Below, in pieces: positions 1 to 10,527 of a stretch of DNA of 64,000 nt. The notes below the pieces were generated by a model. The model made no database searches, had not been told where the DNA came from, and was given only the letters and a program-made list of their open reading frames with translations. The stretch is taken from assembly GCA_020627945.1 (NCBI GenBank), contig JAHDFW010000003.1, forward strand, positions 7,599-71,598. The letters are read 5' to 3'. The DNA is from Cytophagales bacterium (lineage in GTDB: Bacteria; Bacteroidota; Bacteroidia; Cytophagales; JAHDFW01). The translations under genes were made by a program, and so were the position numbers. Within the stretch, counting starts at the first letter, position 1, and each line of letters starts with the position of its first letter.

Positions 1-31
1 AGATATTAAACAAAGCTCGGCTTAGCAATAT

Positions 32-748
32 TTATTTTCTTTTCAGCACCTCTATCTCCTTTTCAGTAAGCATTCTGTATTTTCCACGTGGTAGATTCTT
101 TTTAGTTAGTCCAGCAAAAGTAACTCGATCCAGCCCTTTTACTTCGTAACCAAAGTGCTCAAATATTCTACGAACAATTCTGTTTCTACCACTGTGAATT
201 TCAATTCCAGCTATCCTTTTGTCCTGAGGATCCATAGCTAGATCATCAGACTTAATGAAACCATCCTCCAATTCTACTCCTATCGATATTTTCTCGGCAT
301 CCTCCTTAAAGAGTGGCTTATCCAAAGTCACTTTATATATCTTTGGAATGTTTGTGGACGGATGTGTAAGTCGATTAGCCAAATCTCCATCATTCGTAAA
401 TAACAAAAGCCCCGAGGTATTCCTATCCAATCTCCCAACTGGAAAAATACGTTCAGGTGTTGCTCTTTTAACCAAATCCATTACCGTCTTACGTCCTTCT
501 GGATCTTTCAGAGTTGTTATAAAGCCCTTTGGTTTATTCAACAGTACATAAACGGGTTTTTGCCCTTTTAGAGGTTTACCATCCAGTGTGACTTTATCTT
601 GATGCGAAACTTTAACACCCAGTTCGGTTACTACCTTACCATTAATTTTTATTCTTCCGCTTGCAATAATGTTGTCAGCCTCTCTTCGAGAACAAACACC
701 AGAATTAGCAATAAATTTATTCAGGCGAACGCCGTTTGAGTCTGACAT
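32..748 (-). CDS. rluB: rRNA pseudouridine synthase, RsuA/RluB family (S4 domain + catalytic domain)
   Basis: 238-aa ORF. S4-like N-terminus 'RLNKFIANSGVCSRREAD'. Catalytic-Asp motif 'VGRLDRNTSGLLLFTNDGDL'. Lies directly downstream of scpB. Confidence 0.85.
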   Translation of the reverse strand: MSDSNGVRLNKFIANSGVCSRREADNIIASGRIKINGKVVTELGVKVSHQDKVTLDGKPLKGQKPVYVLLNKPKGFITTLKDPEGRKTVMDLVKRATPERIFPVGRLDRNTSGLLLFTNDGDLANRLTHPSTNIPKIYKVTLDKPLFKEDAEKISIGVELEDGFIKSDDLAMDPQDKRIAGIEIHSGRNRIVRRIFEHFGYEVKGLDRVTFAGLTKKNLPRGKYRMLTEKEIEVLKRK

Positions 749-780
749 GATTATTTAATAAGTAAGATAATTAGGAAAAC

Positions 781-1344
781 TTAAGCTTCGTTCTCCTTTC
801 CAATTTGATTCTCCTCAACTATGAAGTCTTTCAACTGTGGTAATTCCTCCAGACTATTTATGCCGAAGTAATCCATAAACTTCTCGTTGGTTCCATATAA
901 CATTGGGCGTCCGATCGAATCTGATTTTCCTTTTATCTCGACCAAATCCTTTTCGAGAAGCTTTTGTACTGCATAATCGCAATTTACACCTCGAATTTGT
1001 TCAATCTGCCCCTTTGTTACTGGTTGTTTGTAGGCAATAATTGCCAATGTTTCTAAGGCAGAAGTGGATAATTTCTTTTTGGATCTCTGTTTTAAGAGTA
1101 CACTTATACTAGCCTGATAGGCTGGCTTGGTCAAAAATTGGTATCCACCTCCACTTTCAACTACCTCAAATGGGTAGTTATCATCTTTGTATTTCTCTAA
1201 AATAGAAGCAACAGCCTCTTCAATATCTTTATTTTTCACTTCAGATTCTATAGTTTCCATCATGCAATCCTGAAGTTCCTTAATCGAAACAGGCTCTTGA
1301 TTGCAAAAGATAAGGGCTTCTATATGTGACTGTAAATGATCCAA
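781..1344 (-). CDS. scpB: Segregation and condensation protein B (SMC-ScpAB subunit)
   Basis: 187 aa. 'IEALIFCNQEPVS', 'LETLAIIAYKQPVTKGQIEQIRGV' and 'GRPMLYGTNEKFMDYFGINSLEELP' match the ScpB winged-helix signature. Confidence 0.85.
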   Translation of the reverse strand: MDHLQSHIEALIFCNQEPVSIKELQDCMMETIESEVKNKDIEEAVASILEKYKDDNYPFEVVESGGGYQFLTKPAYQASISVLLKQRSKKKLSTSALETLAIIAYKQPVTKGQIEQIRGVNCDYAVQKLLEKDLVEIKGKSDSIGRPMLYGTNEKFMDYFGINSLEELPQLKDFIVEENQIGKENEA

Positions 1345-1359
1345 AGATATTAACGGTTA

Positions 1360-1722
1360 TTAACCTCTATTTTGTTTAGCTTCAATACTGTGCTGCGTGT
1401 GAGGCACAGCTTTAAGTCTTTCTTTTTGGATCAACTTACCCGTATCGATACATACTCCGTAAGTTCCATTTTTAATTCTCAACAAAGCATTTTCCAAGTT
1501 TCTTACGAATTTTGCTTGACGCTCCATTAATTGAATTAAACGTTGCTTTTCCAAAGTTGCAGCACCATCCTCCAATACTTTGGCATTCTGTTTTACAGAA
1601 TCACCTTCTAAAGAATTTCTAGCACTTTTTAGCTCTTTTTGAGCAACCTCAAGCTTTGCTAAAATCATTTCTTCGAATTCTTTTAACTCGCTTTCTGAAT
1701 ATCGTTTCTTTTCACTCATCAC
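1360..1722 (-). CDS. DksA/TraR-family regulator (single-Cys, non-C4 variant)
   Basis: 120 aa. A coiled-coil N-terminal part is followed by 'GTYGVCIDTGKLIQKERLKAVPH', which resembles the DksA/TraR finger region. Only one Cys is present instead of four. Confidence 0.7.
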   Translation of the reverse strand: MMSEKKRYSESELKEFEEMILAKLEVAQKELKSARNSLEGDSVKQNAKVLEDGAATLEKQRLIQLMERQAKFVRNLENALLRIKNGTYGVCIDTGKLIQKERLKAVPHTQHSIEAKQNRG

Positions 1723-1775
1723 ATTAATAAATTATATATATTATCACACTATACTGTGCTTGTGAATTTTTGTTG

Positions 1776-1783
1776 CAAAAATA
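1776..1783 (-). promoter_or_regulatory. Candidate Bacteroidota sigma-A -7 box (TAttTTTG) for the dksA-like/scpB/rluB operon
   Basis: Plus strand 'caaaaata' equals minus strand TATTTTTG, 53 nt upstream of the ATG at 1722. Confidence 0.4.
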
Positions 1784-1797
1784 ACGGAAATTTTTTC

Positions 1798-4011
1798 TTA
1801 ATCAAGTAACACTAGTTTTCTACTTATACTGGTTTCCAACTCATTAAATATCTTAATAACGTAGATTCCAGCAGGTTGGTTTACTAAATCCAACTGATTA
1901 CTACCTGTTTGTAATTCTTTAGTAAGAATAATTTTACCTACAGCATCATATAAAACCACTTTCCCAAAAGCAGAATTAGCTAACTCAATATTTACAAAGC
2001 CATGCGAAGGATTAGGATAAATCTGAACTTGACGATCATATAAAGTTTCGGCTACATTCAAATTAGAATCTGATTCGTTCTTACAGAAGATTAGTCCTCC
2101 TCGATACATTCCACAAACAATATCTACAAAACTGTCGCCATCAAGATCATGCATTGCTGGTACAATTCGTCGTCCAAAATTCATGTCCCCTAACGCATTG
2201 GTTTTATCGTTATAAAAAGCATCATCTATTGCATAGATTGTATCATTGCTCCAGGTGTTTTCGAAATCCGAATAAAACTTCACCCCTTCTGAATAGGTAC
2301 CAAGCACCAAATCCATTTTACCATCGCGAGTAAAATCAATGATCCTTGGCACCGTATACCCAGCATTAATGGTTGGATCCGAAATATAAACACCTGCCAG
2401 TGTATCGGTAATAAGTGCAAAACTTGGAAAACTCGAATCCCCTTGATTTTCAAAATAATTGAGGTTCCCGTTTCTTTCACCTGCAATTAAATCAAGATCT
2501 CCATCGCGATCCAAATCATACAGGCATGGGGCAGCATTAGAGCCAACATCCAACCCTCCAAAATTTAAAGAGTCTAAAACGAAATCCGCCGGTTGCCCAG
2601 CAGCAGCCTGATTGATAAACAAGATGAATTTTCCAGATTGTTCTCCCACCAGCATGTCTAGGTCACCATCGCCATCTAAATCTCCAAAAGATGGTATCGC
2701 ATTAGTTATTTCATGTTGTGCAGTAGAAGCAAAATCACGGTTCTTTAATTCAAACTCTGGATTAGTAGATGTGCCTATGTTTTCTACAAGACCCAAGCTT
2801 ATTTGAGAGACGTCTGAGCTTGTTCTATATTCGAAGTTACCAACCACCAGATCTAGATCACCGTCAAGATCATAATCAATAAATTCAGGAGCCGCTCCTG
2901 CACCAAATTCAAACGTTTCACCAATTAAAAACTGATTGGTTTGATAACTGAATGTAGGGTTATCATCTTCTCCTGTATTTTTATACCAAAGAATATGTTC
3001 GAAATTCTTTCCTCCAACCTCGGCTCCCTCATTTGGAGCAACTACCAAATCACGTTTTTGATCGAAATCAACATCTATATAGTAGGAAGCATCATAAATG
3101 TACATATTAACTGGCTTAGAGCTTGGAAACGAATCCGTAACAAGATCCATGATAGCATTAGACGTATCGTTCCCATTTCTTAAAAAAACGAGATTAGAAG
3201 CAGAAATATCTCCTAAAACCAAATCCATATCATTGTCTCCATCATCATCATATATCATCAATGAAGAACCGGCATGTACACCAGATCTATTCTCGAATAC
3301 TACGTCATCAAACGGATTTGCAATTTGACCTCCACAATCGTCACCAAGAGTAATATCATTACTTAACCCTCCTTCTTTAAAGTCACCCCAACATTTGGTA
3401 TCCAAGATGAATGATAATTCGTCGCAATCCAATCCGTTTTCAACCCTCTGGTTTCTATAATAAATTACATAAGAACCTCCTGCGTCAAAAGTTAAAATAT
3501 CTAGGTCTCCATCCTGATCTACATCATCAATTGCAGGTACATCAGAAAATGGAATTAAAATGCTTGAACCTTCCGCTGTCAATGCTGCTGATACTTTTTC
3601 AAAACTAATATTGGATCCATTTGAGGTGTTTTTATATAAAGCTACGCTAGATAAACTATAGGTGAAAATATCATTCTTGCCATCACAGTTATAATCCCTC
3701 AATACAACCCAACCAATTAAATCAGGAAATAAATCCTGATATCCATGAGCATAGGTCCACTTATTATTATCATCTATGAAAATAGAAATGGTATTATCAT
3801 ACTTGTCAAATACAAACAAATCCTTCTTACCATCTCCATTTACATCAATTCTACCAAACTGAGGTGCTTGAAAGGCTCCAAACCATGGATTATCATACGA
3901 GTTGTTGATTTCTTTAACTGGAATAGACCCATCGTATACGAAACCAAGTTTTTGTGCTGATGCGAATAGGGAAATTATCAGTCCACAAATAACCAGAGTA
4001 AACTTTTTCAT
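1798..4011 (-). CDS. FG-GAP/VCBS-repeat secreted protein with T9SS type-A C-terminal sorting domain
   Basis: Signal peptide 'MKKFTLVICGLIISLFASAQ'. Many DxDGDGxxD Ca-binding repeats (DVNGDGKKDLF, DVDQDGDLDIL, DYDLDGDLDLVVG, DLDGDGDLDML, DLDRDGDLDLIAG). C-terminus 'IYPNPSHGFVNIEL...GIYVIKI'. The track start at 4026 was trimmed to the Met in front of the signal peptide. Confidence 0.8.
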   Translation of the reverse strand: MKKFTLVICGLIISLFASAQKLGFVYDGSIPVKEINNSYDNPWFGAFQAPQFGRIDVNGDGKKDLFVFDKYDNTISIFIDDNNKWTYAHGYQDLFPDLIGWVVLRDYNCDGKNDIFTYSLSSVALYKNTSNGSNISFEKVSAALTAEGSSILIPFSDVPAIDDVDQDGDLDILTFDAGGSYVIYYRNQRVENGLDCDELSFILDTKCWGDFKEGGLSNDITLGDDCGGQIANPFDDVVFENRSGVHAGSSLMIYDDDGDNDMDLVLGDISASNLVFLRNGNDTSNAIMDLVTDSFPSSKPVNMYIYDASYYIDVDFDQKRDLVVAPNEGAEVGGKNFEHILWYKNTGEDDNPTFSYQTNQFLIGETFEFGAGAAPEFIDYDLDGDLDLVVGNFEYRTSSDVSQISLGLVENIGTSTNPEFELKNRDFASTAQHEITNAIPSFGDLDGDGDLDMLVGEQSGKFILFINQAAAGQPADFVLDSLNFGGLDVGSNAAPCLYDLDRDGDLDLIAGERNGNLNYFENQGDSSFPSFALITDTLAGVYISDPTINAGYTVPRIIDFTRDGKMDLVLGTYSEGVKFYSDFENTWSNDTIYAIDDAFYNDKTNALGDMNFGRRIVPAMHDLDGDSFVDIVCGMYRGGLIFCKNESDSNLNVAETLYDRQVQIYPNPSHGFVNIELANSAFGKVVLYDAVGKIILTKELQTGSNQLDLVNQPAGIYVIKIFNELETSISRKLVLLD

Positions 4012-4024
4012 AACATAAATATAC

Positions 4025-4056
4025 AAAAAAAGGGAGTAAGAAAACTCTTACTCCCT
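4025..4056 (-). terminator. Rho-independent terminator of sucD
   Basis: Perfect 11-bp stem agggagtaaga/tcttactccct (4031-4041 / 4046-4056) with a 4-nt loop. On the minus strand it is followed by a T-run (plus-strand A-run 4025-4030). Confidence 0.8.
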
Positions 4057-4091
4057 TTCAACGATTTTTTATTCGTATTAGTTTATTACGA

Positions 4092-4961
4092 CTAACCCAA
4101 TACTTTGGCCATAGTTTCACCAATCTCAGCTGGTGACTCTACTACATGAATACCACACTCTGCCATAATCTTCATCTTAGCTTCTGCAGTATCATCTGCT
4201 CCACCAATAATTGCTCCTGCATGTCCCATACGCTTTCCAGCTGGTGCAGTTTGCCCCGCGATAAATCCAACTACAGGCTTTGTTCCATTTTCTTTAATCC
4301 AATGAGCAGCATCTGCTTCCATTTGACCTCCAATTTCACCAATCATAACGATTGCATCAGTATCAGGGTCATTCATGAATAACTCGACTGCATCTTTAGT
4401 ACTTGTTCCAATAATTGGATCTCCTCCAATTCCGATAGCAGTACTTTGTCCTAATCCGGCTTTAGTCAATTGATCCACAGCCTCGTAAGTAAGTGTACCA
4501 GACTTAGAAACAATACCAACTCGTCCTTCCTTGAAGATAAATGCTGGCATAATTCCAACTTTAGCACCACCTGGAGTCATTACACCTGGGCAGTTAGGAC
4601 CGATTAGACGACAATCTCTATCAGTAATAAATTCCTTTACAGCGATCATATCCTTGGTAGGAATACCTTCAGTAATACAAACGATTACTTTAATTCCACC
4701 ATCTGCTGCCTCCATGATAGCGTCTGCTGCAAATGCAGGTGGCACAAAGATGATAGACACATCTGCACCAGTTTCCGCTACTGCTTCTTTTACTGTGTTA
4801 AAAACTGGTTTACCAAGGTGATCCTTACCGCCTTTACCTGGAGTAACTCCCCCTACTACATTTGATCCGTAATCAATCATTTGTCCGGCATGAAAACTTC
4901 CTTCAGAACCAGTAAAACCTTGTACTATAATCTTTGAATTCTTATCAACTAAAACGCTCAT
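4092..4961 (-). CDS. sucD: Succinyl-CoA synthetase alpha subunit
   Basis: 289 aa. '[14 protein letters not shown]', '[10 protein letters not shown]' and the phosphohistidine loop 'RMGHAGAII'. Confidence 0.95.
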   Translation of the reverse strand: MSVLVDKNSKIIVQGFTGSEGSFHAGQMIDYGSNVVGGVTPGKGGKDHLGKPVFNTVKEAVAETGADVSIIFVPPAFAADAIMEAADGGIKVIVCITEGIPTKDMIAVKEFITDRDCRLIGPNCPGVMTPGGAKVGIMPAFIFKEGRVGIVSKSGTLTYEAVDQLTKAGLGQSTAIGIGGDPIIGTSTKDAVELFMNDPDTDAIVMIGEIGGQMEADAAHWIKENGTKPVVGFIAGQTAPAGKRMGHAGAIIGGADDTAEAKMKIMAECGIHVVESPAEIGETMAKVLG

Positions 4962-4983
4962 GGTATCTTATTTAATTTTTCCA

Positions 4984-4991
4984 CAAATGTA
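4984..4991 (-). promoter_or_regulatory. Candidate -7 box (TAcaTTTG) for sucD
   Basis: Plus strand 'caaatgta', 22 nt upstream of the ATG at 4961. Confidence 0.45.
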
Positions 4992-5118
4992 ATTTTTTTT
5001 ATGACTTTCGCAAAGCATTTCAGTCGAACCTTAAGTTAGATCTACCCGAAAATCTAGGGAAGAAGGTCATTGTTCTTTTATTTTATGGTCTAATATTAAA
5101 AGAGAAAATTGAAATCAA

Positions 5119-5166
5119 AAACCTGAAAACGATCTGAATATATATTAAGACCCATTTTTCAGGTTT
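5119..5166. other. 11-bp hairpin in the sucD/uvrA divergent intergenic region
   Basis: aaacctgaaaa (5119-5129) pairs with ttttcaggttt (5156-5166) across a 26-nt loop. It is not adjacent to any gene end. Confidence 0.3.
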
Positions 5167-5310
5167 CTGGTTAAAGATTTCACATTTTATCGATTGCTCT
5201 TATAATGAAGAAAAAGTACTGAAATGTGGTTTCTCCGTAAAAATTATAGTTACCCCTTTAAGTTCTACTCAGGAAAAAATATAAATTCAAGATCATCCAC
5301 CAATTTCTTG

Positions 5311-5318
5311 TATTTTTG
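5311..5318 (+). promoter_or_regulatory. Candidate -7 box (TAttTTTG) for uvrA
   Basis: 'tatttttg', 19 nt upstream of the ATG at 5338. It lies inside the rejected ORF extension. Confidence 0.45.
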
Positions 5319-5337
5319 CGAGCTAGATTTCTGCTTT

Positions 5338-8145
5338 ATGGGAAGAAAAAATAAGGATATTGATCAACTTGATGCCAGAGAGTTCATTGTGGTAAAAAAT
5401 GCCCGTGTAAACAACCTGAAAAACTTATCGGTTGCCATTCCTCGAAATAAACTTGTGGTAGTAACTGGAGTGTCCGGATCTGGAAAATCTTCACTTGCTT
5501 TTGACACCTTGTTCGCTGAAGGACAACGGATGTATGTTGAAAGTCTAAGTTCATATGCACGTCAGTTTCTTAGTCGAATGGACAAGCCTGAAGTGGATTA
5601 TATCAAAGGTATTTCTCCAGCAATTGCCATCGAACAGAAAGTTAACACCTCTAACTCTCGTTCAACCGTTGGGACTTCTACAGAAATTTACGATTATTTA
5701 AAACTTCTTTTTGCCCGAGTAGGTAAAACATATTCACCAATATCTGGCAACGAGGTCAAAAAAAATAGTGTAAGCGATGTTGTCGATTTCATATTTGATC
5801 AAAAACCAGGAGGTAAAGCTTTTATAGTGGCTCCATTAGTTCAGACCGAAAAGCGACCTATTCGGAAGGAACTGGAAATTCTAATGCAAAAAGGTTTTGC
5901 TAGGATTTACCACAAGGGATCAATGGAGTTTATTGAAGATTTTCAACCAAAAGGTGTAAATATTGAAGATATCGAGGTACTTATTGATCGGGTAATTATT
6001 CCAGAAGAAAGAAGTGAGGAAATGGAATTCAGGCTTTCCGATTCCGTTCAAACAGCACTCATTGAAGGCTTAGGTACTTGTGTTCTTATTTTAGACGGTA
6101 ACAAAAGAACAAATTTTACAGATCGGTTCGAATTGGATGATATGGAATTCGAAGAACCTACCGTAAACTTCTTTACTTTCAACAATCCTTACGGAGCATG
6201 TAAAACTTGTGAAGGTTTTGGTCAGGTCTTAGGGTTGGATTATGATCTTATATTTCCGGACCATTCTTTATCGGTATATGAAGGAGCTATTGCACCTTGG
6301 CGCACTGAAAAAATGAATGCTTGGCTTCAGCCATTACTGAAAAATGGAATTAAATTCGATTTCCCAATCCATCGTGCGTATATGGATCTAACGGATCAAG
6401 AAAAGCAAATTCTATGGGAAGGAAACGAATACTTTGAAGGTTTAAATGCATTCTTCAAAGAAGTTGAAGCCAATTTGTACAAAATTCAATATCGGGTAAT
6501 GTACTCTCGTTATCGTGGACGTACTGTTTGTCATGATTGCAAAGGAAGTCGACTTAGAAAAGATGCCCAATACGTTAAAGTTGGTGAGAAAACAATTACT
6601 GATATAGTATTAATGCCAATATCAGAATCATTGGGATTCTTCGAAAACCTAAAACTTAAGTCAAATGAACTTAAAATTGCTGATCGTATTTTAGCAGAAT
6701 TAAGGATGAGACTAAGTTATCTAAATCGTGTAGGATTGGGGTATCTAACACTTAATAGATTATCTAATACTCTATCTGGAGGTGAAACTCAGAGAATCAA
6801 CCTGGCTACTTCTCTTGGGAGTGCCCTTGTAGGCTCTATGTACATCCTAGATGAACCTAGTATTGGGTTGCATCCAAAAGATGCTAAAACACTCGTAGGA
6901 GTGCTTAGATCACTTCAAAAATTAGGTAACACCGTAGTAGTTGTTGAGCATGACGAGGAAACAATGCAAGCCGCTGATGAAATCATAGATATTGGTCCCG
7001 AAGCAGGCATGTTAGGAGGAACATTGAATTTTCAAGGAACATTTGACCAACTTGTCAAGAATGATAAAGAAACACTAACTGGAAAGTATTTACGAGGGGA
7101 ATTAAAGATCGAAGTACCTGAGCATCGTAGAAAACCTATCAACTTTATTGAAATTCTAGGAGCTTCTGAGAATAACCTTAGAAACATAGATGTCAAAATC
7201 CCGTTAAATGCTCTTACATTAGTAACTGGTGTAAGTGGCTCTGGTAAGTCATCACTAATTAAAAAAATTCTTTATCCTCATCTTGCTAAAAGTTTTGGAT
7301 TGGGGTCAAATGATAGCCCTGGCAAGCACAAAGAAATAAAGGGTAGCCTAAACCTTATTGAGCATGTTGAGTTTATTGATCAGAACCCCATAGGAAAATC
7401 TTCTAGATCCAATCCTGTAACTTACACGAAAGCATATGATGAAATTCGGAGCTTAATGGTAGCGCAACCAGTTGCAAAAGCTCAGAGTTATAAATCATCC
7501 CATTTTTCATTTAACGTTGAGGGAGGACGTTGTGAAGTTTGCAAAGGAGAAGGAGTAACCACTGTGGAGATGCAATTTATGGCGGATATTCAACTGCAAT
7601 GCGAAGCATGTTTAGGCAAACGTTTTAAAGACAACATCCTTGAGGTAACCTATAAAGGAAAGAACATCGCGGATATACTTGACATGACTGTAAATCAAAG
7701 TCTAGAGTTCTTCGAGGGTAAAAAGAAAATTTGTGACAAACTACAGCCTCTTAGTGATGTGGGGTTGGGCTATATAAAACTAGGACAAGCTTCATCTACA
7801 TTAAGCGGAGGGGAAGCGCAGAGAGTAAAACTTGCGACTTTTTTAAATAAGAAAAACTCTGATAAGAAAATCCTCTTCCTTTTTGATGAACCATCTACAG
7901 GGTTACACTTCCATGATATCGCAAAACTTATGATATCTATCAATTCGTTGGTTGCTTTAGGGCACACCGTAGTTATTATCGAACATAACCTTGATATAAT
8001 TAAATGTGCGGATTACATTATAGACCTAGGGCCTGATGGTGGTACTGGAGGTGGTCAACTAATTTTTCAAGGAACTCCTGAAGATTTAATTGCGAATCAT
8101 ATAAAAGACAGCTATACAGCTCAATTTTTGCAAGATAAAATCTAA
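5338..8145 (+). CDS. uvrA: Excinuclease ABC subunit A
   Basis: Two ABC modules: '[35 protein letters not shown]' with '[12 protein letters not shown]', and '[10 protein letters not shown]' with '[12 protein letters not shown]'. Zn-finger Cys pairs are present. The track start at 5224 is rejected because a TAttTTTG -7 box at 5311-5318 lies inside that extension and the extension is low-complexity. Confidence 0.93.
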   Translation: MGRKNKDIDQLDAREFIVVKNARVNNLKNLSVAIPRNKLVVVTGVSGSGKSSLAFDTLFAEGQRMYVESLSSYARQFLSRMDKPEVDYIKGISPAIAIEQKVNTSNSRSTVGTSTEIYDYLKLLFARVGKTYSPISGNEVKKNSVSDVVDFIFDQKPGGKAFIVAPLVQTEKRPIRKELEILMQKGFARIYHKGSMEFIEDFQPKGVNIEDIEVLIDRVIIPEERSEEMEFRLSDSVQTALIEGLGTCVLILDGNKRTNFTDRFELDDMEFEEPTVNFFTFNNPYGACKTCEGFGQVLGLDYDLIFPDHSLSVYEGAIAPWRTEKMNAWLQPLLKNGIKFDFPIHRAYMDLTDQEKQILWEGNEYFEGLNAFFKEVEANLYKIQYRVMYSRYRGRTVCHDCKGSRLRKDAQYVKVGEKTITDIVLMPISESLGFFENLKLKSNELKIADRILAELRMRLSYLNRVGLGYLTLNRLSNTLSGGETQRINLATSLGSALVGSMYILDEPSIGLHPKDAKTLVGVLRSLQKLGNTVVVVEHDEETMQAADEIIDIGPEAGMLGGTLNFQGTFDQLVKNDKETLTGKYLRGELKIEVPEHRRKPINFIEILGASENNLRNIDVKIPLNALTLVTGVSGSGKSSLIKKILYPHLAKSFGLGSNDSPGKHKEIKGSLNLIEHVEFIDQNPIGKSSRSNPVTYTKAYDEIRSLMVAQPVAKAQSYKSSHFSFNVEGGRCEVCKGEGVTTVEMQFMADIQLQCEACLGKRFKDNILEVTYKGKNIADILDMTVNQSLEFFEGKKKICDKLQPLSDVGLGYIKLGQASSTLSGGEAQRVKLATFLNKKNSDKKILFLFDEPSTGLHFHDIAKLMISINSLVALGHTVVIIEHNLDIIKCADYIIDLGPDGGTGGGQLIFQGTPEDLIANHIKDSYTAQFLQDKI

Positions 8146-8167
8146 ATATACTTTATATTGATAGGCA

Positions 8168-8205
8168 CAAAAAAAAGCCAGCTAAGTTTCTTAGCTGGCT
8201 TTTTA
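8168..8205. terminator. Bidirectional terminator between convergent uvrA and the ppiD-like gene
   Basis: 11-bp stem agccagctaag/cttagctggct (8176-8186 / 8190-8200), flanked by an A-run on the left and a T-run on the right. Confidence 0.85.
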
Positions 8206-8223
8206 CCTTTAATATATTTAACA

Positions 8224-10368
8224 CTAATAGTGCTTATATCTTGTATCTTCAATATCCATTAAGTCATTTAAGGTTTGGAATGCTACACCAGTAGAACGCC
8301 CCTCAACAGCACTCAACACAGAAGATTTTTCAATAGTATAATCTTCTTTTTCAGCTGCTTCAGTTAAGGCAATCATCTCAACCACAAGAATTCCATTATC
8401 AGTCTCAATAGTACCAGATCTTTCACCGTTACCTAGACCAAACAATGCACCAACACCTTCAGGTGCTAATCCAGCATCTTTAATACTAGAACTGTTCAAC
8501 TTAAGTGCGTTTGTAGTTCCTGTTTTTGCGTTTGCTCCAAACTGAGATACTATTGATCCGAAATCAGCATTAGCATCTAATTTTTCTTTGATGTATTTAG
8601 CCTTTTCAATATTTGTCACTTTGCTTGTTACTTCCTGTCTAACCATATCCAGATTAGGCATATTCTCTTCAGAGCTTCCTGTAACCGTTGCTACCACATA
8701 AGCATCTTCCAAACTCATAATATTAGAAATTTCGTTTTCCATTCCATTTCTAAATGCCCATTGAACTACAGTTCTTCCATCTTTCAATCCAACCAAACGA
8801 CTATCCATAGCTGTTAATGGTTGTGAAGTAAACTTTTTTGCAGCATTGGAAGAATCGGCCTTAGCAATAAACGCATCACGTGTGCTTGCATCCGCCAAAA
8901 AGTCTCCTACTTTGCGATATGCATCATCCTTAGTATCCTCTCCAGCGAAAATCGCACGTTGTATCTTACCAATTACAAAACTATTGTTGTTTTTAGGTTC
9001 TGTTACATTAATTAAGTGATATCCAAATCTTGTTTCAATGATATCATTCACCAAACCTGTTCCATTCTTTGCAAAAACAGCTTCGTTGAATGCAGGAACC
9101 ATACGTCCTTCTGAGAACCACCCCAAATCACCACCGTTCCCAGCATTAGATTTATCTGTACTATGTACCTTGGCCATCTCACCAAAATCCTCACCTCTTT
9201 TAATACTATCTAAGATGGATCTAGCTTTAGACTTAGCAGAAGCCTTATCCTCATCACTTTCAGTATCCCATTTAATCAAAATATGACTGGCCTTAACCGA
9301 ATAGATTGTATCCTCAAAAGAATCAACTACCTTATATACAACGTAATTTCCTCCTTCCAAAATAGGGTCTGTTACATATCCTTTTTCAACACTTGCTAAA
9401 CTCTTTAATGCTAAAGGCAATTCATCAGCTCTACGCTTAGTAGGAATTTCACTTTCATCAGAATACTGATCTATAAACATAGTGTCCTTATCGCTTTCCT
9501 GAAATTCTCCTTTAAGTTCTTCCATTTCTTCCTTTGCAGCTAACGTATCTTGTGCAGATGGCAACACATCGAATACTACATAGTCAATTGTACGTGTTGC
9601 AGGCTTCTCGTAACGCTTTAAGTTCTTTGCAAGATAATCAGACAACATATTATCATTAACTTCTACTAAAGAATCTGCAATTGCGTAATAAGGAACGTAA
9701 GCATATTTAATATTTGCTTGAGAAGAAGTTGCTACATGATTACGCTTTGCCTCAGCTGACGTAACATAAGTAGATTTACCAATTAGACCGGTGAACTTCT
9801 CTTGAAGTCTCATATCTTCTAACTGCTTCTTAAATCCAATCCACATATTTTTACGTGATTCAAACTCTTGATCACTGATATTCTGTCCTTGTGGTTTTTC
9901 ATCGCTTTCTACAGCAGTAATGTATGATAATAATTGATTCTTATCGAATTGCTGCGTTGTAGGATTTACGAAAGACTGCATAATCGAAGAGTGGATATTA
10001 TTACCCGCTATCATATCATCTTTTTCCTCCTTAGAGATTGATAATCCTAAGTCACCCATTGCAGGCTTATAAGCATGCTTATACAACAATCTGTTCCAAG
10101 CTTCATCTTGCAGTTGCTTAACTTGATCTTCTTTTACCTCTAATCCCGTACGATCGAAGTATTGCTGTGAAAGCATGTTAATTTCATCTTGCATTTCGTA
10201 TTGCGGAACTGCTCTACCATTAATTTCACCGACATTATTGTCAGATAAATCTGGTCCTCCAGAACATTGAGTTAGCATTTTATCTCCTGCAATGAACGCT
10301 ACCATACTTATACCTACGAATGCTATTGCAATCCAGGACTTTTGACGTATTGTATTTATTAGTGCCAT
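8224..10368 (-). CDS. Periplasmic chaperone / peptidyl-prolyl isomerase, PpiD/SurA-like (parvulin domain)
   Basis: 714 aa. N-terminal membrane anchor 'WIAIAFVGISMVAFIAG'. Parvulin motif 'ASHILIKW...GGDLGWFSEGRMVPAFNEAVF'. Confidence 0.8.
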   Translation of the reverse strand: MALINTIRQKSWIAIAFVGISMVAFIAGDKMLTQCSGGPDLSDNNVGEINGRAVPQYEMQDEINMLSQQYFDRTGLEVKEDQVKQLQDEAWNRLLYKHAYKPAMGDLGLSISKEEKDDMIAGNNIHSSIMQSFVNPTTQQFDKNQLLSYITAVESDEKPQGQNISDQEFESRKNMWIGFKKQLEDMRLQEKFTGLIGKSTYVTSAEAKRNHVATSSQANIKYAYVPYYAIADSLVEVNDNMLSDYLAKNLKRYEKPATRTIDYVVFDVLPSAQDTLAAKEEMEELKGEFQESDKDTMFIDQYSDESEIPTKRRADELPLALKSLASVEKGYVTDPILEGGNYVVYKVVDSFEDTIYSVKASHILIKWDTESDEDKASAKSKARSILDSIKRGEDFGEMAKVHSTDKSNAGNGGDLGWFSEGRMVPAFNEAVFAKNGTGLVNDIIETRFGYHLINVTEPKNNNSFVIGKIQRAIFAGEDTKDDAYRKVGDFLADASTRDAFIAKADSSNAAKKFTSQPLTAMDSRLVGLKDGRTVVQWAFRNGMENEISNIMSLEDAYVVATVTGSSEENMPNLDMVRQEVTSKVTNIEKAKYIKEKLDANADFGSIVSQFGANAKTGTTNALKLNSSSIKDAGLAPEGVGALFGLGNGERSGTIETDNGILVVEMIALTEAAEKEDYTIEKSSVLSAVEGRSTGVAFQTLNDLMDIEDTRYKHY

Positions 10369-10388
10369 ATTCTAATTTTTCAAGTCTG

Positions 10389-10396
10389 CAAAAATA
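10389..10396 (-). promoter_or_regulatory. Candidate -7 box (TAttTTTG) for the ppiD-like gene
   Basis: Plus strand 'caaaaata', 20 nt upstream of the ATG at 10368. Confidence 0.45.
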
Positions 10397-10464
10397 CTTT
10401 AATGAATCATATATCCAAAAGATTAAGGGACTAAAGTGGGGTAAAAAATCACCACAATATATCT

Positions 10465-10498
10465 AAAAACAAAAAAGGAGCGGTAAACCGCTCCTTTT
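10465..10498 (-). terminator. Terminator of the 1351-aa T9SS protein gene
   Basis: Stem ggagcgg/ccgctcc (10477-10483 / 10488-10494). The minus strand reads the stem followed by 'ttttttgttttt'. Confidence 0.75.
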
Positions 10499-10527
10499 AA
10501 ATTCTAAGATTTACTTAATTACTTAAG

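Noticed and set aside
1360-1722. DksA-like protein lacking the four-Cys zinc finger, considered as a pseudogene or novelty.
   Set aside because: The ORF is intact, and Cys-poor DksA/TraR variants are known in several lineages. It is treated as an ordinary family member.
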